From contig JADJCM010000001.1 in NCBI GenBank assembly GCA_016703225.1, positions 832,088 to 872,087 on the forward strand: a stretch of DNA of 40,000 bases. Reading direction: 5' to 3'. Shown piece after piece: positions 36,235 to 40,000 of the stretch. The translations under genes and the position numbers were made by a program. Under the pieces are notes generated by a model that saw nothing but the letters and a program-made list of their open reading frames with translations, was not told the origin of the DNA and made no database searches. Within the stretch, counting starts at the first letter, position 1, and each line of letters opens with the position of its first letter. The DNA is from Lysobacterales bacterium. Its GTDB lineage: Bacteria; Pseudomonadota; Gammaproteobacteria; Xanthomonadales; Ahniellaceae.

Positions 36235-36574
36235 GCGCATGCAGCTTGTATCGCAAACCGAAGTGGAGCGCGTTCTCCGCAATTGGCAGGCTGGCGCACT
36301 GACTGAGGTTCAAGTGCACGAGTGGGCGGAGCTCCGCTATGCCGTCGATGCTTACGAACCCGAGTCCGCCGCTTGTAACGCCGTCCTCGCGGAGCTCGAC
36401 TGCATGAACATGAATCTCCTCACCACCGCGGACATCCCGGTATTGCTCGAGGCTCTTCCGCTTAATTCGCCCGAGTTCGAAAACATTCTCTCTGGGCTCG
36501 ACAATTCAGCCACCATCGAAAGTCGTAGGCGAGCGCTTCGCACGCACCCGTTCTATGCGCAATTCTGCGGCTAG
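36233..36574 (+). CDS. cassette 14: hypothetical protein (113 aa)
   Basis: GTG 36233, or ATG 36239, immediately after GTTAG. The protein is acidic and helical. Its attC is interrupted by the IS. Confidence 0.5.
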   Translation: MRMQLVSQTEVERVLRNWQAGALTEVQVHEWAELRYAVDAYEPESAACNAVLAELDCMNMNLLTTADIPVLLEALPLNSPEFENILSGLDNSATIESRRRALRTHPFYAQFCG

Positions 36575-36593
36575 TGCGCGCCTAACTATGTGT

Positions 36594-37550
36594 CTATGGA
36601 CTCCTCCCCCACGTCAAGCTGATTGATCCTGCTCTGCTTCATCACGGTTGGATCGGTGCAAGCGTCTATCCGTCCTCGAAGTGGCGGGATCATCCGCCGG
36701 GACATCATGGGATCCGCGGGTGCGGGGCCTATCGTTCAAGCGACCTCGCGGGTCGACATAGTTATCGGCCTTGCCGCACCGCGGCCGAGCCGCTGGTGAT
36801 GAGGTTGATGGGATCGATCCGTTGACGTGCCGCTCTGTGGTGAAAGGGTGTGCTGCGTTGACTGCGTGTATCGATCAGGCGTTGCTCATCGCGATCTCCT
36901 GATCGAAGCGCTTGGCGTAGTCGCCATCGAAACTGCGCGCGTGGCGCCAGGTCGCCCAGAGGATGCGCACGATCTTGTTGGCGAGACCGACCGCGGCCTT
37001 GTTGAAGCCGCGGCGCTCGGCGAGTGCGAGCGCCCAGGTGCGCAATCGATCGAGCGGCTTGCCTGCAGCCTGCGCGCGCTTCGCCGCGGCGAGCACCGCG
37101 CGCGCGCCTTGGATCAGCAGGGTGCGGCAGTACACACCGATCGCGCGCACCGCCTCGATCATCGCCAGGCAATCGGCCGCATCGGTTTTGCTTCGCCGCA
37201 CATACGGGCGAACGTACTGCGCGGGAATCAGGATCACCTGATGACCAAGCGCCGTGAGCCACCGCCCGAAATGATGCGCCGAACCGCAGGCCTCCATCAC
37301 CACCCGCACCGGCGCGCGGTTGTGCCAGAACGCGATGAACGCGGCGCGCGACAGCCGATGCGATTCGAGCACGTGGCCGCGCGCGTCGACAGCCAGCAGT
37401 TGGAAAATGGATTTCGCGAGATCGATGGCGATGGTGGCGACAGCGGGATTACACTTCACGACGGACTCCTCCGGCGGTGACTGATGCCTCAACACCTTCA
37501 GACTGGCACTTCGATGCCTGCGCCGCGTCGGGAGGAGTCCATCCCATCAT
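36594..37550 (-). mobile_element. IS110-family element of the attC-targeting IS1111 type, internally deleted (957 bp)
   Basis: It interrupts attC 14 between ..CTATGTGT and TCAAGCC.. with no target duplication. Subterminal inverted repeats are GGACTCCTCCC (36598-36608) and GGGAGGAGTCC (37530-37540). Confidence 0.8.
36875..37459 (-). CDS. IS110-family transposase, apparently internally deleted (194 aa)
   Basis: The GTG start is preceded by GGAGGAG at a 6-nt spacing (the tracked ORF begins at ATG 37495). The N-terminal DEDD part (IAIDLAKSIF, VVMEACGSAHHFGRWL, LIPAQYVRPYVRRSKTDAADC) joins directly to the C-terminal tail (RTLLIQGARAVL, NKAAVGLANKIVRILWA). The middle region with the IPGIG-type motif is absent. 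Confidence 0.7.
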   Translation of the reverse strand: MKCNPAVATIAIDLAKSIFQLLAVDARGHVLESHRLSRAAFIAFWHNRAPVRVVMEACGSAHHFGRWLTALGHQVILIPAQYVRPYVRRSKTDAADCLAMIEAVRAIGVYCRTLLIQGARAVLAAAKRAQAAGKPLDRLRTWALALAERRGFNKAAVGLANKIVRILWATWRHARSFDGDYAKRFDQEIAMSNA

Positions 37551-37627
37551 TCAAGCCGACCGCCGAGGAAGTTCTTCTTTTCATCCACACACCGTCGCGC
37601 GGCGGCGGCTTAACACGGCGTTAGGCC

Positions 37628-37655
37628 TTGCAAGAGCATCGATCATCCATACAAT
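37628..37655 (+). promoter_or_regulatory. candidate sigma70 promoter of the brnTA cassette
   Basis: TTGCAA (37628-37633), a 16-nt spacer, then TACAAT (37650-37655). The brnT ATG lies 6 nt downstream, so the predicted mRNA is leaderless or near-leaderless. Confidence 0.45.
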
Positions 37656-37661
37656 GTACAG

Positions 37662-37940
37662 ATGATCAAGTTTGACTGGGATCCGGCCAAAGCCGCCTCA
37701 AACCTCAGGAAGCATGGCGTCTCCTTCGAGGAAGCCCAGACCGTCTTCTACGACGAGCTCGCAGTCCAGTTCTATGATGAACCCCACTCGTCAGACGAGG
37801 AACGCTTTCTCATGCTTGGCATGAGTAGCGGCGCCTACCTTCTCTTGGTCTGCCACTGCGAGCGCGACCGTGGCGGCGTCATTCGCATCATTTCAGCGCG
37901 CAAAGCCACGAAGCACGAAAGCTCCTTCTACAGCCAGTGA
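37662..37940 (+). CDS. brnT: cassette 15: BrnT-family toxin (DUF497)
   Basis: FDWDPAKAASNLRKHGVSFEEAQTVFYD, ERFLMLGMS and VIRIISARKATKHE match the BrnT pattern. Confidence 0.85.
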   Translation: MIKFDWDPAKAASNLRKHGVSFEEAQTVFYDELAVQFYDEPHSSDEERFLMLGMSSGAYLLLVCHCERDRGGVIRIISARKATKHESSFYSQ

Positions 37941-38173
37941 CCGCCATGAAAGCCGAATACGACCTGTCAAAGATGAAATCTCGCCGCAATCCTTATGCGG
38001 CCAAGCTCAAGAAGCCTGTCTCTATGCGCCTCTCGGAGGACGTAGTGGACTACTTCAAAGGCATGGCCAATGAAGCGGGAGTTCCCTATCAGAGCTTGAT
38101 CAATCTGTACCTGCGAGATTGCGTCATGAAGCATCGCAAGGTTCAAATTGCATGGCCAAGCGGCAAGGCCTGA
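37937..38173 (+). CDS. brnA: cassette 15: BrnA-family antitoxin (RHH/CopG-like)
   Basis: EYDLSKMKSRRNPYAAKLKKPVSMRLSEDVVDYFKGMANEAGVPYQSLINLYLRD. GTG 37937 overlaps the brnT stop, and ATG 37946 is an alternative start. Confidence 0.8.
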   Translation: MTAMKAEYDLSKMKSRRNPYAAKLKKPVSMRLSEDVVDYFKGMANEAGVPYQSLINLYLRDCVMKHRKVQIAWPSGKA

Positions 38174-38175
38174 CG

Positions 38176-38292
38176 ATTCAACCGGACCCGCTACGGCAGG
38201 CCACCTTGGCCCGGTTGGCGGTACGCCGTACATTCTCGCCAACCGGGCCAAGGCGTCCTGCCTCCGCGCGCCGGTTACCTCAAACGTTGGGC
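38176..38292 (+). repeat. attC, cassette 15 (heterologous type, 117 bp)
   Basis: R'' is ATTCAAC (38176-38182) and R' is GTTGGGC (38286-38292). An internal perfect palindrome is CCTTGGCCCGGTTGGCG / CGCCAACCGGGCCAAGG. The sequence is unrelated to the type A/B sites. Confidence 0.7.
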
Positions 38293-38343
38293 GGCACCGT
38301 TTTCCCCCAGCCCGACCATCGCATTTCGAAAGGCACACTCGTC

Positions 38344-38790
38344 ATGGCTACTGGTACTGTCCAGCTTCACCGCGTGCTGCGCGCACCGCCGGCGCGCGTC
38401 TATCGCGCTTTCCTCGACGCCGATGCAATGGCCAAGTGGCTGCCGCCGAACGGCTTCACCGGTAAGGTCCACCAGTTGGACGCCAAGGTCGGCGGTACCT
38501 ACAGGATGTCTTTCACAAGTCTCGCAACGGGCGCCAGTCACTCCTTCGGCGGCGAGTACCTGGAGTTGGTCCCTGACGAGCGCATCCGCCATACGGACAG
38601 GTTCGATGACCCAAACTTGCCCGGCACGTTGGTGGTAACCGTGTCGCTGAAGAAGGTCTTCTGCGGAACCGAGCTGAACATCCTGCAAGAAGGCATCCCC
38701 GAGGTCATCCCCGTTGAGGCCTGCTATCTCGGCTGGCAAGAGTCCCTCGCGCTGCTGGCAATGCTCGTCGAGGCCGAGATCCCAAGCTAA
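38344..38790 (+). CDS. cassette 16: SRPBCC/AHSA1-like protein (148 aa)
   Basis: The start is moved to ATG 38344. VYRAFLDADAMAKWLPPNGF, GGTYRMSF and GEYLELVPDERIRHT are typical of the AHSA1 (PF08327) pattern. Confidence 0.75.
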   Translation: MATGTVQLHRVLRAPPARVYRAFLDADAMAKWLPPNGFTGKVHQLDAKVGGTYRMSFTSLATGASHSFGGEYLELVPDERIRHTDRFDDPNLPGTLVVTVSLKKVFCGTELNILQEGIPEVIPVEACYLGWQESLALLAMLVEAEIPS

Positions 38791-38799
38791 AAAAGTGCC

Positions 38800-38889
38800 G
38801 CCCAACCCGTCGTTCAATCCGACCGCCGTGGAAGTTCCGCGTATCATCCACACGCCGTTGCGCGTCGACGACTGAGCACGGCGCCAGTC
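38800..38889 (+). repeat. attC, cassette 16 (type A-derived, R' core mutated)
   Basis: GCCCAACCCGTCGTTCAATCCGACCGCCGTGGAAGTT...GACTGAGCACGGCGCCAGTC. GTTAG is replaced by GCCAG. Confidence 0.65.
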
Positions 38890-38906
38890 TGTTTGCGGAG
38901 GTCAAG

Positions 38907-39149
38907 GTGGCCATTTCCATTCTTTGGTTCTTGTTTGCCATTGGCGTCATCGCGTTTGCCCTTGCCTTCGCCCGGCCAAAGTCTGGGCGCGGTGGTTCAG
39001 CGCGCGGCACGGACGCATACGGATCGAGTAGCTGGACCGCCTCTTCCGACTCATCGACGCATGACTCGCGCTCGTCGTGCGACTCCGCCGGCGACTCGTC
39101 GAGTGGCGGCGATTGCGGGGGCGGCGATGGTGGCGGTGGTTCCGACTAG
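38907..39149 (+). CDS. cassette 17: small membrane protein with Ser/Gly/Asp/Cys-rich tail (80 aa)
   Basis: GTG start. One TM helix (ISILWFLFAIGVIAFALAFA) is followed by a low-complexity SSGGDCGGGDGGGGSD tail. Confidence 0.45.
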   Translation: MAISILWFLFAIGVIAFALAFARPKSGRGGSARGTDAYGSSSWTASSDSSTHDSRSSCDSAGDSSSGGDCGGGDGGGGSD

Positions 39150-39192
39150 GCTGCGCCAGCACGTGCAAGCCGGGCCGAACCCTGCGCCTTTG

Positions 39193-39283
39193 GCTTCCTC
39201 CCTCGCTTCAGCCCGACCGCCGAGGAAGTTGCGCGTATCATTCGAGCACCGTCGCGCGGTGACGACTGAACACGGCGTTGAGA
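39193..39283 (+). repeat. attC, cassette 17 (type A-derived, R'' lost, R' GTTGAGA)
   Basis: ..CGCTTCAGCCCGACCGCCGAGGAAGTTGCGCGTATCATTCGAGCACCGTCGCGCGGTGACGACTGAACACGGCGTTGAGA. The CTAAC core is absent. Confidence 0.6.
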
Positions 39284-39287
39284 CTCC

Positions 39288-39617
39288 ATGAAGCACTTCC
39301 TCGCGATTTCCGGCTTGCTGCTTTGCCTGGCATTCGTTGCGTGTGCGCAACCGGAGCCGCGCGACGCCGCCTCCCCGACATTTGAGTGCGCCGACTCTCT
39401 GGATCGGGCTGACGGGCAACCTCGAACGAAGACGTATTGCCAGATGCGAACCGAGTACTGCTACGAAGCCACGGGTGGGCCAGCACTCAGCCATGGTGCG
39501 CAGTGTCGGCTTCTGCCGAAGGACAACCCGACGTGTGCGGGGATTGTGCTGCTGCCCGGCGGCTCCTGCAGTGGCGACGTCTCGACGGGAATTCGCGTGA
39601 GCTTTGCCTTTCCGTGA
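39288..39617 (+). CDS. cassette 18 (last, no recognisable attC): Cys-rich lipoprotein (109 aa)
   Basis: Lipobox MKHFLAISGLLLCLAFVAC. The ATG lies 5 nt after the GTTGAG core of attC 17. Confidence 0.55.
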   Translation: MKHFLAISGLLLCLAFVACAQPEPRDAASPTFECADSLDRADGQPRTKTYCQMRTEYCYEATGGPALSHGAQCRLLPKDNPTCAGIVLLPGGSCSGDVSTGIRVSFAFP

Positions 39618-39766
39618 GATGCGCCCCGCGGGCATGAGGCAGCACCATTCGTCCATGGTGTCGCGACTCAGGCATGACGTGGGCGCGCGGAAGGTGCGGG
39701 GAAGTGGCGTGTGCGCGCGCGGGCGGCATCCGCGGGATCTGCTCAACGACAGGGAGATGACAGGCG

Positions 39767-40000
39767 ATGGCGAACAGGAATGGCAAGGTCGCGCTGGTGA
39801 CCGGTGCGAACAAGGGGCTGGGCAAGGAGATCGCGCGGCAGCTCGGCGCGCTCGGCTACACCGTGGTGCTGACCTCGCGCGACGAAGCGGCCGGGCGCGC
39901 TGCGGCGGCGGAACTGGTGGATGCCGGCAGCGACGCGCATAGCATCCAGCTCGACGTCACCAGCGCAGACGACATCGCCCGCGTCGCGCGCGAGATCGAT
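39767..40000 (+). CDS. short-chain dehydrogenase/reductase (SDR), 5' part; continues off-window
   Basis: Not in the ORF track because there is no stop in the window. AGGGAGA lies upstream of ATG 39767. Translation is MANRNGKVALVTGANKGLGKEIARQLGALGYTVVLTSRD, with the TGxxxGxG dinucleotide-binding motif. Confidence 0.7.
   Translation, partial: MANRNGKVALVTGANKGLGKEIARQLGALGYTVVLTSRDEAAGRAAAAELVDAGSDAHSIQLDVTSADDIARVAREID

Larger units (their letters stand above)
36580..37626 (+). repeat. attC, cassette 14, split by an IS (left part 36580-36593, right part 37551-37626)
   Basis: GCCTAACTATGTGT | IS | TCAAGCCGACCGCCGAGGAAGTT...GTTAGGC. The two parts sum to exactly 90 bp. Confidence 0.85.
29345..39617 (+). 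mobile_element. integron cassette array (about 18 cassettes)
   Basis: 17 attC sites lie in one orientation, and each coding cassette ORF starts a few nt after a GTTAG core. Boundaries at G|TT are 29765, 30189, 30843, 31442, 32714, 33135, 33557, 33968, 34283, 34723, 35300, 35753, 36228, 37620, 38286, about 38883 and 39277. Confidence 0.9.

Noticed and set aside
36762-37480. ORFs 36762..37262 (-), 36827..37480 (+) and 36963..37241 (+) inside the IS.
   Set aside because: They overlap the IS110-type transposase frame, which has clear family motifs. They have shadow-like composition.
29682-39283. Regularly spaced 90-bp repeats that could be mistaken for a CRISPR array.
   Set aside because: The repeats are about 90 bp imperfect palindromes with RYYYAAC/GTTRRRY ends. 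The 'spacers' are 0.2-1.2 kb and contain ORFs. An integron integrase, not cas genes, is adjacent. These are attC sites.

Overview
High-G+C chromosomal segment. Gene content, the REP/RAYT type and the attC type resemble Xanthomonadales-like gammaproteobacteria; this is inference, no search was run. The window has three parts.

(1) 1-28 kb is mostly housekeeping: GT41-like glycosyltransferase, truC, rluE, a tesA / ybbA-ybbP divergon, an M28-PDZ-TolB peptidase, a TPR Ser/Thr kinase, rhodanese, GFA, a clan GH-A-like hydrolase, and deoC plus two ALDH genes. It is interrupted by:
- a visibly lower-G+C islet (about 4.0-7.8 kb) carrying a 5'-truncated IS630 transposase, an orphan secreted protein, and a translationally coupled AAA-ATPase/HNH-like pair resembling Septu PtuA/PtuB;
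- a RAYT gene flanked by inverted REP doublets;
- a lipoprotein gene broken by a 1-nt homopolymer frameshift.

(2) 28.0-39.6 kb is a sedentary chromosomal integron. It has an apparently intact intI (minus strand), a (GCCGAY)13 hexanucleotide repeat abutting the intI start, an attI region, and about 18 cassettes on the + strand delimited by 17 recognisable attC sites. Most attC sites are one homogeneous 90-bp family. Notable cassette content:
- four paralogous ORF-less cassettes of about 420 bp with a conserved promoter-like core, two of them 100% identical;
- a Rieske/PetA-like protein that has lost all four cluster ligands;
- DUF2199-, DUF695- and SRPBCC-like proteins, lipoproteins and zinc-ribbon membrane proteins;
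- a BrnT/BrnA toxin-antitoxin cassette with a heterologous attC;
- a strongly low-G+C cassette;
- an internally deleted IS110/IS1111-type IS inserted cleanly into an attC.

(3) 39767-40000 is the start of an SDR oxidoreductase.

No rRNA, tRNA or CRISPR was recognised. Many long Arg/Ala/Pro-rich ORFs in the track are antisense or off-frame shadows typical of high-G+C DNA and are not reported as genes.
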